Below are positions 7,430 through 15,432 of a DNA stretch of 52,689 nt, piece by piece (the first letter of the stretch is position 1; each line of letters opens with the position of its first letter). The stretch is from contig DASXQR010000160.1 of assembly GCA_036507075.1 (NCBI GenBank), positions 1-52,689 of the forward strand. The letters run 5' to 3'. Origin of the DNA: Acidobacteriota bacterium (lineage in GTDB: Bacteria > Acidobacteriota > UBA6911 > JACQSX01). The notes under the pieces are model-generated. The model was not told the origin of the DNA. It did not search any database and worked only from the letters and a program-made list of their open reading frames with translations. The position numbers were made by a program, and so were the translations under genes.

Positions 7430-9412
7430 ATGAGCAAACCGGTCCAGCCCGTTTATGAATTCGGCCCGTTCCGCCTGGACGCCTCGGAACGACTGCTGCT
7501 GCGTGATCGGGAACCTGTACCGGTTACACCCAAAGTTTTCGACACGCTTCTTGTGCTCCTGGAGCACAACGGCCGCCTGGTTGAAAAGGGCGAATTGATG
7601 CAGCGGCTATGGCCGGACACCTTCGTAGAAGAGGGGGCATTGACCCGCAATATCTCAGATTTGAGAAAGGCTTTGGATGATGGCTCTAACAGTCAAAAGT
7701 ACGTAGAGACCGTCCCGAAGCGAGGGTATCGGTTTATTGCTACGGTGAGAGAAATTGGGGATGACGGCAGCGTGCTCATTATTGAAAAGACAACCCAGGC
7801 GCGCCTTGTCATCGAAGAGGGGCAAGAAGCCGGCCAAGGCGGGATCACGCTCGCTCATCCATTCCAGCAAAAGATGATCGAAGGAACGCGTCAGACCTAC
7901 CTCCCGGCACGAGCGGGATTCCGGCGAATCTTCTTGGTACTCTGCCTGTTCCTTGTCGGGCTTGCCTTCGCGCTGGCCTGGTATTGGCAATTCTGGCAGA
8001 CCCGGCCGCCGCAGCAACCGGCCGAGACGCGCCTCACCTCCCTGGCCGTGCTTCCATTCAAGCCGCTGAACTCGGAAGGAGGCGATCAAATACTGGAATT
8101 AGGGATGGCCGATACGCTGATAACACGACTGAGCAACCTGAGCCACGTGATAGTTCGGCCCACCAGCACGATCCGCAGGTATACCAGCGTGCAGCAGGAT
8201 CCCATCGCCGCCGGGCGGGAGCTGGGAGTGGACTCAGTCCTTGAGGGAAGTATTCAGAAACTGAACGACCGAATACGGGTCACAGTGCGACTACTGCGCG
8301 TCGGCGACGGCAAGCCGCTCTGGGCCTATAAATGCGATGAGAAATACGAAGACCTGTTTCAAGTACAGGATTCCGTATCAGAACAGGTGGCGACAGCGTT
8401 GATGCCGAGCCTGACCGGGCAAGAGAAGAGACTTGTCAGCAAACGCCATACTGAAAACCTTGCCGCGTATCAGCTTTATCTGAATGGTCGTTACTTCTGG
8501 AATAAGCGAACGGCCGAGGGCTTCCAGAAAGCCCTCGTTTATTTCAGCCAGGCTATCGAAAAGGACCCGAACTATGCTCTGGCCTACGTGGGGCTGGCTG
8601 ACTCTTACACCATGCTTGCCGATTACGATTGGCTCTCGCCAAAGGATGCTTCTCCAAAAGCCAAGAAGGCCGTGATGAAGGCGCTTGCTCTCGATGAGGC
8701 ATTAGCCGAAGCTCACACTTCGCTGGCCGATATCAGGAGGTTTTATGATTGGGATTGGGCCGGCGCCGAACGGGAATACAAGCGGGCCATCGAACTGAAT
8801 CCGAATTATCCGACTGCTCACCAGTGGTATGCGGAGTTCCTGTCAGCGATGGGCCGCCATGATGAAGCCATGCGGGAGATTAAGCACGCCGAGGAGCTTG
8901 ATCCGCTCTCGCTCGTCGTCAAGTCGGCAGCCGGTTGGATCCTTTTTTGGGCGCGCCGGTATGACCAGGCTATCGAAGCATGCCGGAAGGTGATTGAAAT
9001 GGATCCGAATTACGGAGAAATTTATTCTCAACTGAGGCGCGTCTACGAGCAGAAAGGAATGTATGCCGAGGCGCTGGATGCGGACGGAAAGCTGAGAGCG
9101 TTCAGGGAAAAACGCGTGCCTCGGGTGGCTGAGAGCGGGAACGGCGACGCGATATCAAACGCTAAAGCTTACTGGCAGAAAATGCTGGAACTTACAAAGA
9201 ATGACTTGAAGAGCAACCAGGAAGCCGCGCAAATGCGGATGGCGGAAATCTTCACACAGCTCGGAGACAAGGATCAGGCATTCGCGTGGCTTGACAAGGT
9301 CTATGAAAGCCACCATTTTTGGCTGCCCTTCCTCAAGGTGCATCCTCATCTCGATCCTTTGCATTCGGACCCGCGCTTTGAGGCTTTACTGCGTCGCGTC
9401 GGATTGGGCTGA
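7430..9412 (+). CDS. Winged-helix (OmpR/CadC-type) regulator with TM segment, TolB-like domain and TPR repeats
   Basis: YEFGPFRLD..VTPKVFDTLLVL..LWPDTFVEE..ISDLRKAL..ETVPKRGYRF; TM IFLVLCLFLVGLAFALAWYW; SLAVLPF; TPRs (AIEKDPNYA, AIELNPNYPTAHQWY). Confidence 0.93.
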   Translation: MSKPVQPVYEFGPFRLDASERLLLRDREPVPVTPKVFDTLLVLLEHNGRLVEKGELMQRLWPDTFVEEGALTRNISDLRKALDDGSNSQKYVETVPKRGYRFIATVREIGDDGSVLIIEKTTQARLVIEEGQEAGQGGITLAHPFQQKMIEGTRQTYLPARAGFRRIFLVLCLFLVGLAFALAWYWQFWQTRPPQQPAETRLTSLAVLPFKPLNSEGGDQILELGMADTLITRLSNLSHVIVRPTSTIRRYTSVQQDPIAAGRELGVDSVLEGSIQKLNDRIRVTVRLLRVGDGKPLWAYKCDEKYEDLFQVQDSVSEQVATALMPSLTGQEKRLVSKRHTENLAAYQLYLNGRYFWNKRTAEGFQKALVYFSQAIEKDPNYALAYVGLADSYTMLADYDWLSPKDASPKAKKAVMKALALDEALAEAHTSLADIRRFYDWDWAGAEREYKRAIELNPNYPTAHQWYAEFLSAMGRHDEAMREIKHAEELDPLSLVVKSAAGWILFWARRYDQAIEACRKVIEMDPNYGEIYSQLRRVYEQKGMYAEALDADGKLRAFREKRVPRVAESGNGDAISNAKAYWQKMLELTKNDLKSNQEAAQMRMAEIFTQLGDKDQAFAWLDKVYESHHFWLPFLKVHPHLDPLHSDPRFEALLRRVGLG

Positions 9413-9430
9413 GACCGCGGGAAAAAATCC

Positions 9431-9568
9431 ACCGCGAAGGCGCGAAAGCGCGAAAGCAAAAATTGCTTTAGTTTTTCTGAGTGACCGTAACCGTAGACAT
9501 TTTAGTGTTCAGTCCCAATTAGTTTGCCAAGGGACCTCATTCGTTTCGCGCTTTCGCGCCTTCGCGGT
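9431..9568. repeat. 9-bp-period inverted repeat element (CGCGAAG type)
   Basis: accgcgaaggcgcgaaagcgcgaaa ... tttcgcgctttcgcgccttcgcggt, perfectly complementary arms around an AT-rich spacer. Confidence 0.92.
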
Positions 9569-9638
9569 TCCAGTACCGCAGAGGATAAGAATTGTGAAGA
9601 CCCGGCGCAAATCGATAACGTGCCAGCAAAACCTCGGC

Positions 9639-11531
9639 ATGAGCCAACCCGTCACCCGCAGGGATTTCCTCAACGCGAGCCTGCTTGGAGCAGGCTCTGT
9701 GCTGCTGCATGGATTGTCGCCTTTGGAGCTGCAGGCGCAAAAACAATCATGGGACGGCTACAGCGGCGTCGGCGATTACAGCGGCTCCAACGGAAACACG
9801 CAGGAGGTGCTGCAGATTGCTCATCGCATCCGAGATGGGGAGTTTGATCAGCTACCGGCCGACATCGAAGACACCGGTGAGACGTTTGATCTGATCATCG
9901 TGGGCGGCGGCATGAGCGGGCTTGGCGCGGCGCACCTCTTCAAGAAGACCAAAAAACCTGGACAGAAATGCCTGCTCCTGGAGAATCACCGTGTTTTCGG
10001 TGGTGAATCCAAACGGAACGAGTTCATCGTCAACGGCCAGCGATTGATAGGGCCTCAGGGAGCCAACGAGTTTGACATTCCATCCAATCCCGGGGAGCCC
10101 GGATACGAGCTTTATGATGAATTGAAGATTCCACGAAAATTTCAATATTCAAACCTCGCTTCCGGCCTTGGCCCGCTGCATTTTGATCGTACCAACTACG
10201 GATTCCAGTTGTGGGTGGACCAGTCTCCGAGCTTCGGACACTTCTTCGATAGCCGTTCTCGGGGAACCAAGCCTCGATGGATACACAATCTGTGGGGACA
10301 AAAGCTCGAGGGCGCGCCTTTCTCCCGGCAGACAAAGCGGGACTTGCTGACCTGGAGAACCAGCAGCAAGCGCCCTTACGCGGGTGAAGACTTTCAGCGC
10401 TGGCTCGATACGATGACCTATAAGGAATATCTGGAAAAGGTCATGGGCCTGAGCTCTGAAGTCACAAAATACGCAGACCCTGTATTGGCGGCTGCTCTCG
10501 GCCTGGGTTCCGACGCGCTCTCTGCCTATGCCGCCTATCAAATATCGATGCCTGGATTTCTGGGTTTTACCGGGAAAACTTACTATCCCAGCAAGCTGGA
10601 AGAAATTTCTCCGGACACCTGGCATTCATTCCCCGGAGGCAACGATGGTTTCGCGCGCTTCTTTGTCAAATCCCTGATCCCGCGGGCGATCGGCGGAGCC
10701 GATAATTTCGAAGATGTGCTTAATTCCCGGGTCAATTTCGGCGCGCTGGATCATCCGGATAACGATACTCGCATCAGGTTGGACGCAACGGTCGTGCGCG
10801 TGGAACACCAGGACCGGCCCGACCGTTCCGATTATGTCTGGATTACGTACGTAAAGTCCGGTCGAACTTTTCGGTTGCGAGGTCGGGCCGTGGTCATCTC
10901 TGCGGGCGGATTCATGGCCCGGCGCGTTGTGAGAGATTTACCAGCCGACTACAGCATGGCGTATGATGCCTTCTATCACTCACCCGTGCTTGTCGCCAAC
11001 GTCGCTCTCAGAAACTGGCGCTTTCTTTATAAACTGGGATTGACTGCCTGCCGCTGGTCCAGCGGCTTCGGATTTTCATGCAACATCCGTCAGCCGATGC
11101 AAGTCGGGCAGTATCGGCCTTCTTTGGATCCCAACAAGCCGATCATCCTTACTTTTTACGTGCCCTTTTATTACCCCGGTCTTCCCATTCAGGAGCAGGG
11201 GAACCGTGGCCGCTTGGAACTGCTGTCAAACAGCTATCGCGATTACGAGCTGAAGATTCGCCGGCAAATGATCCGGCTCTTCCGCTCAGAGGGCTTCAAC
11301 CCCGGAAACGATATCGCGGGAATTATTCTTAACCGCTGGGGACATGCCTACGTCAATCCTGCGCCGGGATTCTACTTCAATAGCGGCGGCGGTCCGGCTC
11401 CACGAGACGTGATTCGAAAACGATATGGCAGGATCGCTTTCGGCCACTCAGAACTGGTGGGACACCAGTACTGGCTGGGCGCAATTCATGAAGGAGAGCG
11501 CGCCGCCGGGCAGTCGGCAGAAATACTTTAG
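9639..11531 (+). CDS. Tat-exported FAD-dependent oxidoreductase, spermidine dehydrogenase-like
   Basis: MSQPVTRRDFLNASLLG Tat signal, DLIIVGGGMSGL, ENH..FGGESKRNEF, SFPGGNDG, NRWGHAY, GRIAFGHSEL. Confidence 0.82.
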   Translation: MSQPVTRRDFLNASLLGAGSVLLHGLSPLELQAQKQSWDGYSGVGDYSGSNGNTQEVLQIAHRIRDGEFDQLPADIEDTGETFDLIIVGGGMSGLGAAHLFKKTKKPGQKCLLLENHRVFGGESKRNEFIVNGQRLIGPQGANEFDIPSNPGEPGYELYDELKIPRKFQYSNLASGLGPLHFDRTNYGFQLWVDQSPSFGHFFDSRSRGTKPRWIHNLWGQKLEGAPFSRQTKRDLLTWRTSSKRPYAGEDFQRWLDTMTYKEYLEKVMGLSSEVTKYADPVLAAALGLGSDALSAYAAYQISMPGFLGFTGKTYYPSKLEEISPDTWHSFPGGNDGFARFFVKSLIPRAIGGADNFEDVLNSRVNFGALDHPDNDTRIRLDATVVRVEHQDRPDRSDYVWITYVKSGRTFRLRGRAVVISAGGFMARRVVRDLPADYSMAYDAFYHSPVLVANVALRNWRFLYKLGLTACRWSSGFGFSCNIRQPMQVGQYRPSLDPNKPIILTFYVPFYYPGLPIQEQGNRGRLELLSNSYRDYELKIRRQMIRLFRSEGFNPGNDIAGIILNRWGHAYVNPAPGFYFNSGGGPAPRDVIRKRYGRIAFGHSELVGHQYWLGAIHEGERAAGQSAEIL

Positions 11532-11580
11532 TCCTTTGCCGCGGGGGCTCAGACGGACCAAGCCTGCACCCAGCACTCAA

Positions 11581-11870
11581 ATGCGGATTGCGGAATGCGG
11601 AATGCGGAATAGAGCCGTTCACGAGCACGTGCACGTCACGCCGGTCCAAATTAGCTTCAGGAGTGCAAGAAGAAGGGCGTGTTGACCAAATCGGAACAGA
11701 ATGGAGACGGCTACATTATGTTCACCGCAGAGCCGCCGAGAGCCAAGTTTCGCTGAAGTTGTGATGAAACTCTGCGGAAACTCGACGTTCTTTGCGGCTC
11801 TGCGGTGAATGCAACGTGTGGATGTGGACGGCTTTATTCCGCATTCCGCATTCCGAAATCCGCATTCCGA
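11581..11870. repeat. Nested composite: outer heptamer (GCGGAAT)n/hexamer arms enclosing a 9-bp-period IR at 11721-11809
   Basis: atgcggattgcggaatgcggaatgcggaatagagccgttcac ... gtggacggctttattccgcattccgcattccgaaatccgcat; inner ttcaccgcagagccgc ... gcggctctgcggtgaa. Confidence 0.9.
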
Positions 11871-11885
11871 AGTCCGTCAGGCAGT

Positions 11886-13208
11886 CTAAACGAACTTGGT
11901 AACCCCGGGAAACGCCACCGGTGGAGTAGGAATAGATCCCCACTCGTACTTCTCCGGCGTAAGGTCTTCCTTGGAATTCATCGCCTGCTCCCAGGTGATC
12001 ATCTGGCCCGTGTAGGTGGCCATTCGACCCATGATGGCCAGCATGGTGCTTTTTGCCATGTATTCGCCGTTGCTGATTGGTTTCCCGTTTCGAATGCTGG
12101 CAAACAACTGATCGTGTTCCGTCTGATAAAAGTTGTCGCTGGGGTCATCATCGGGTGCTTTGTAGACCCACTGAGTACCTGCCGCGATAGCCAGCCCGCG
12201 CTCGGCGACAATGGCCGTTCCCTTCGAACCGAGCACGTGGCTGCTCATGTCATTATGGCACCCGCGCTGCTGCCGGCAATTGCTGAAAAGCTTCACGCCG
12301 TTGGAATACTCATAGGTCACGGAGTGGTGGTCGTAAATATTGCCGAACTCGGGGCCGGTGCGAACCTGGCGGCCGCCCATGCCGACGGCGCGAACCGGAT
12401 ACTCATCCTTCATGATCCAGGCGCACACGTCCAGGTAATGAACATGCTGCTCCACATTGAAATCACCCGACAGCCAGGTAAAGTAATACCAGTTGCGCAT
12501 CTGCCACTCCATATCGCTCCAATTCGCCTGCCGGGGCTTCACCCAGATGGAGCCGCGATAGTCATTGGCCTGCAGCGCGCGTATTTCGCCCAACGCGCCC
12601 TCATGTATTCGCTTGATCGTTTCTTGAAACCCTTTCGAATAACGCAAGCAGAGACCGGAAACAATGGATAGATTTTTCTTCTTGGCGTCTTCACAGGTGG
12701 CCAGTACGGAATGCACCCCGGGAGAATCGACGGCGACCGGTTTCTCGGCAAACACATGCTTGCCCGCGTCAACGGCCGCTTTCAAGTGAGCAGGTCGAAA
12801 ATGAGGGGGTGTTGCCAGAAGCACCACATCCACACCGCAGTCGATCACCTGCCGGTAAGCATCAAAACCGACAAAGCAACGTTCCTGTGGAACATCGATT
12901 TTCGAGGAGATCTGTTTTTGGGCCTTCAATGTGGTCAGGCTGCTCTGCAGGCGGTCGACAAACGCATCTCCCATGGCAACCAGTTTCACATTGGAATCGG
13001 CCTGTAAGGCCTGGGCTGCTGCTCCGGTTCCTCGGCCGCCACAACCGATCAGGCCGATCCGGAGCACATCGCTTCCCGCTGGGTGAAAACCTCCTGCAAT
13101 TGCTTCATTCGCGGCGGCGGCGCCGCCGATAACCGCCGCGCTCGATGTCTTCAAAAATTGGCGGCGGGACACCTGCTGCGGAGGGGAAGGTTTAGGTTTG
13201 GTAGTCAT
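11886..13208 (-). CDS. Tat-exported Gfo/Idh/MocA family oxidoreductase
   Basis: VSRRQFLKTS, RIGLIGCGGRGTGA, LATPPHFRP, HVFAEKPVAVD, EQHVHYLD; ATG at 13208 with RBS GGAG. Confidence 0.93.
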   Translation of the reverse strand: MTTKPKPSPPQQVSRRQFLKTSSAAVIGGAAAANEAIAGGFHPAGSDVLRIGLIGCGGRGTGAAAQALQADSNVKLVAMGDAFVDRLQSSLTTLKAQKQISSKIDVPQERCFVGFDAYRQVIDCGVDVVLLATPPHFRPAHLKAAVDAGKHVFAEKPVAVDSPGVHSVLATCEDAKKKNLSIVSGLCLRYSKGFQETIKRIHEGALGEIRALQANDYRGSIWVKPRQANWSDMEWQMRNWYYFTWLSGDFNVEQHVHYLDVCAWIMKDEYPVRAVGMGGRQVRTGPEFGNIYDHHSVTYEYSNGVKLFSNCRQQRGCHNDMSSHVLGSKGTAIVAERGLAIAAGTQWVYKAPDDDPSDNFYQTEHDQLFASIRNGKPISNGEYMAKSTMLAIMGRMATYTGQMITWEQAMNSKEDLTPEKYEWGSIPTPPVAFPGVTKFV

Positions 13209-13259
13209 GATATTTTTCTCCATTGCGGCAAATTGAATCTCTGCAGTGTAAAAAGTCTG

Positions 13260-13307
13260 GCTTGGTGCCTTGGTGGTTCCAATTTCCTGACCACCAAGAC
13301 ACCAAGC
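13260..13307. repeat. 9-bp-period element, back-to-back arms (CACCAAG type)
   Basis: gcttggtgccttggtggtt ccaatttcct gaccaccaagacaccaagc; closely matches 4401-4457. Confidence 0.88.
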
Positions 13308-13365
13308 TCCCGAATGCTCATTTTGCCAGATCGACAGCCACGCCAAGTCAGTTGCGGCTTTGTTG

Positions 13366-13394
13366 CTTCGCGTTCTTCGCGCCTTCGCGGTTCA
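13366..13394. repeat. Solo arm of 9-bp-period element containing the DUF1080 stop codon
   Basis: cttcgcgttcttcgcgccttcgcggttca. Confidence 0.75.
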
Positions 13395-14189
13395 AGCTTT
13401 TTTCAACGGCCTCAATTCAAACCTTCGAAACAGAATCTCAAAGCCCTCGGACTGCAACAGAATCTTTCCGGCCGATGGAAAGACATCGTAACACTCATTG
13501 ACCGCTGTTCCATTCACCAAAACCGTGATGCGACCTCCGTCGCAAATGCACTCGACGCGGGTCCACTGGCCCAGCGGGCTTTCCACGTCATATTTGCCCC
13601 GCGTGTCAATCCACTCCTGAAAATCCGGGTCGTGCATTGACCACCAGAATTGCTTACCTGAATACACGGTCGGCTTTCCGCCCTTCTTCCACCGGGTGCG
13701 GCCATCCGGCCCCAGAACTGTTTCGCTTGTGATCGTGACCGGAATCATTGAGCCGTTCTCATCCTTGCCCCGAATCACGATCAAATCGCCGGCACAGCCC
13801 TGCGCCAGTTGGCACTCTATGGAAGACATCCAGGGATCGCGACTGCCGTCGGGTCCCACGGCGTGCAGCAGAATTCCCGAATTTCGGACGGTCTTGCTTC
13901 CATAGGTTTTCTTGCTCCATTTGTATTCGACAGTCAGGTGGTAGTCCCTGTATGACTGGCGCGTGGCAACGTAGCCATCGACCTCACCGGAAGCCCTCAG
14001 AAATCCGCCTTCAACCGTGAATACCTTCCTGGGATCCTGGTAGCCTGTACCCTTTACCCACGTGTAGAGTCCATCGAGGTTCTTACCGTTAAAGAGTGTG
14101 ACGGTTTTGTTTGGAGATGCTTGCTTCAAATAGACGAATCCGGGACTAGCAGTAGTGACTTGGAGAAATTTACGACGGGTCCACCTCAT
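13392..14189 (-). CDS. DUF1080 (3-keto-disaccharide hydrolase family) protein, Tat-like signal
   Basis: MRWTRRKFLQ, LFNGKNLDG, YRDYHLTVEYKW, RNSGIL, IECQL, GQWTRVE, GKILLQSEG.EILFR. Confidence 0.9.
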   Translation of the reverse strand: MRWTRRKFLQVTTASPGFVYLKQASPNKTVTLFNGKNLDGLYTWVKGTGYQDPRKVFTVEGGFLRASGEVDGYVATRQSYRDYHLTVEYKWSKKTYGSKTVRNSGILLHAVGPDGSRDPWMSSIECQLAQGCAGDLIVIRGKDENGSMIPVTITSETVLGPDGRTRWKKGGKPTVYSGKQFWWSMHDPDFQEWIDTRGKYDVESPLGQWTRVECICDGGRITVLVNGTAVNECYDVFPSAGKILLQSEGFEILFRRFELRPLKKA

Positions 14190-14197
14190 GATTAGAT

Positions 14198-14280
14198 TTT
14201 GCCACAAAGGCACCAAGACACAAAGTCGGACGACGGCAAGGTAAACGGCTGACTTTGTGCCCTGGTGCCTTTGTGGTAAA
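14198..14280. repeat. 9-bp-period inverted repeat element filling a divergent intergenic region
   Basis: tttgccacaaaggcaccaagacacaaagtc ... gactttgtgccctggtgcctttgtggtaaa. Confidence 0.92.
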
Positions 14281-14306
14281 AAGTTAACACAGCTCCGGAG
14301 GTCACC

Positions 14307-15269
14307 TTGAACAGTTCGGTTACTTTCTCCCGCCGCAATTTTCTGAAGAGTGCAGCAGCAGGATTTACCGCCCTGTCATTAACGGGTAAACAAAGCTCGT
14401 CCATCGGGCAAAGCTCGAGCAAAAGACCGACCAGTTTTCAGATTGCGTGCATGACTCTGCCCTATGCGGATTTTCCCCTGCAGCGCGCCCTGGAAGGAAT
14501 CGCAGCGAGTGGGTACAAGTACGTTGCCTGGGGCACCCGCCACCGCGAATCGAACAGTCGCCAGCTTCCCGTTATGGACGTCAATGCGCCGCCTGCGGAA
14601 GCAAAGAAGCTTGCAGACCACTGTAGAAGCATGGGACTTACTCCTGTCATGATGTTTTCAACCGTGTACGTCGAGGCAAAGGACGGTGTTGACGTGCTGA
14701 AAAAGCGCATCGCGCAGGCCGCTGCGGCAGGAATTCCCCAGGTACTCACCTTTGGCCACACCGAACGCGGGCAATATGAAGCATGGATCAAGAATCTAAA
14801 AGAGGTGGGACCGGTGGCGCGATCCGCCGGGGTGATCGTTGTAATCAAGCAGCACGGCGGTGAAACGGGAACGGGAAAAGATTGCGCCAGGATTGTGCGC
14901 GATGTGTCTGACGGCGGTGTCTGGATGAACTACGACGCCGGCAACGTAATGGACTATCTTGATGCCGATCCGATCTCTGACATTCAGACCTGCGTGTCTG
15001 AAATTCGAAGCTTTTGCATCAAAGATCACCGCAACTTTCCAAAGGACCAGGACTGTGGTCCGGGCTTTGGCGAAATCGACCACTACCGCCTGCTGGCACC
15101 GGTTTCCTACACAAGTTTGACCATGCCGCTGGCCTGCGAAAATATTTCTGCGCCCGTCCTTCCCCGTCCCACCAACCCCGAGGGTGTAGACAAACTAGCC
15201 AAACGGGCCCGAGAATTCCTGGAAACGGTCATTCAAGGTCTGCAAACTTCCGATCAAACAACTGGCTAA
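14307..15269 (+). CDS. Tat-exported sugar phosphate isomerase/epimerase family (xylose isomerase-like TIM barrel)
   Basis: TTG start after GGAGG, FSRRNFLKS, IKQHGG, MNYDAGN, IKDH, GPGFGEIDH, ACENI. Confidence 0.85.
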   Translation: MNSSVTFSRRNFLKSAAAGFTALSLTGKQSSSIGQSSSKRPTSFQIACMTLPYADFPLQRALEGIAASGYKYVAWGTRHRESNSRQLPVMDVNAPPAEAKKLADHCRSMGLTPVMMFSTVYVEAKDGVDVLKKRIAQAAAAGIPQVLTFGHTERGQYEAWIKNLKEVGPVARSAGVIVVIKQHGGETGTGKDCARIVRDVSDGGVWMNYDAGNVMDYLDADPISDIQTCVSEIRSFCIKDHRNFPKDQDCGPGFGEIDHYRLLAPVSYTSLTMPLACENISAPVLPRPTNPEGVDKLAKRAREFLETVIQGLQTSDQTTG

Positions 15270-15283
15270 AACCCCAACAGTAC

Positions 15284-15409
15284 TGCACGCGAAGCCCGGA
15301 GCCACGTCCCGTAAGGGCGTAGTGGGTACCATGTAAGTCAGCTCCGCGCAGCCGACTGCAGAGGTGCCCACCACGCCCTTGCGGGACGTGGCTCCGGGCT
15401 TCGCGTGCA
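15284..15409. repeat. 47-bp-arm inverted repeat (GAGCCACGTCCCGTAAGGGCG REP-like doublet) between convergent genes
   Basis: tgcacgcgaagcccggagccacgtcccgtaagggcgtagtgggtacc / ggtgcccaccacgcccttgcgggacgtggctccgggcttcgcgtgca; a further arm at 44732-44769. Confidence 0.92.
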
Positions 15410-15432
15410 CAAGCCTGCGTCTGGAGTTGCAG

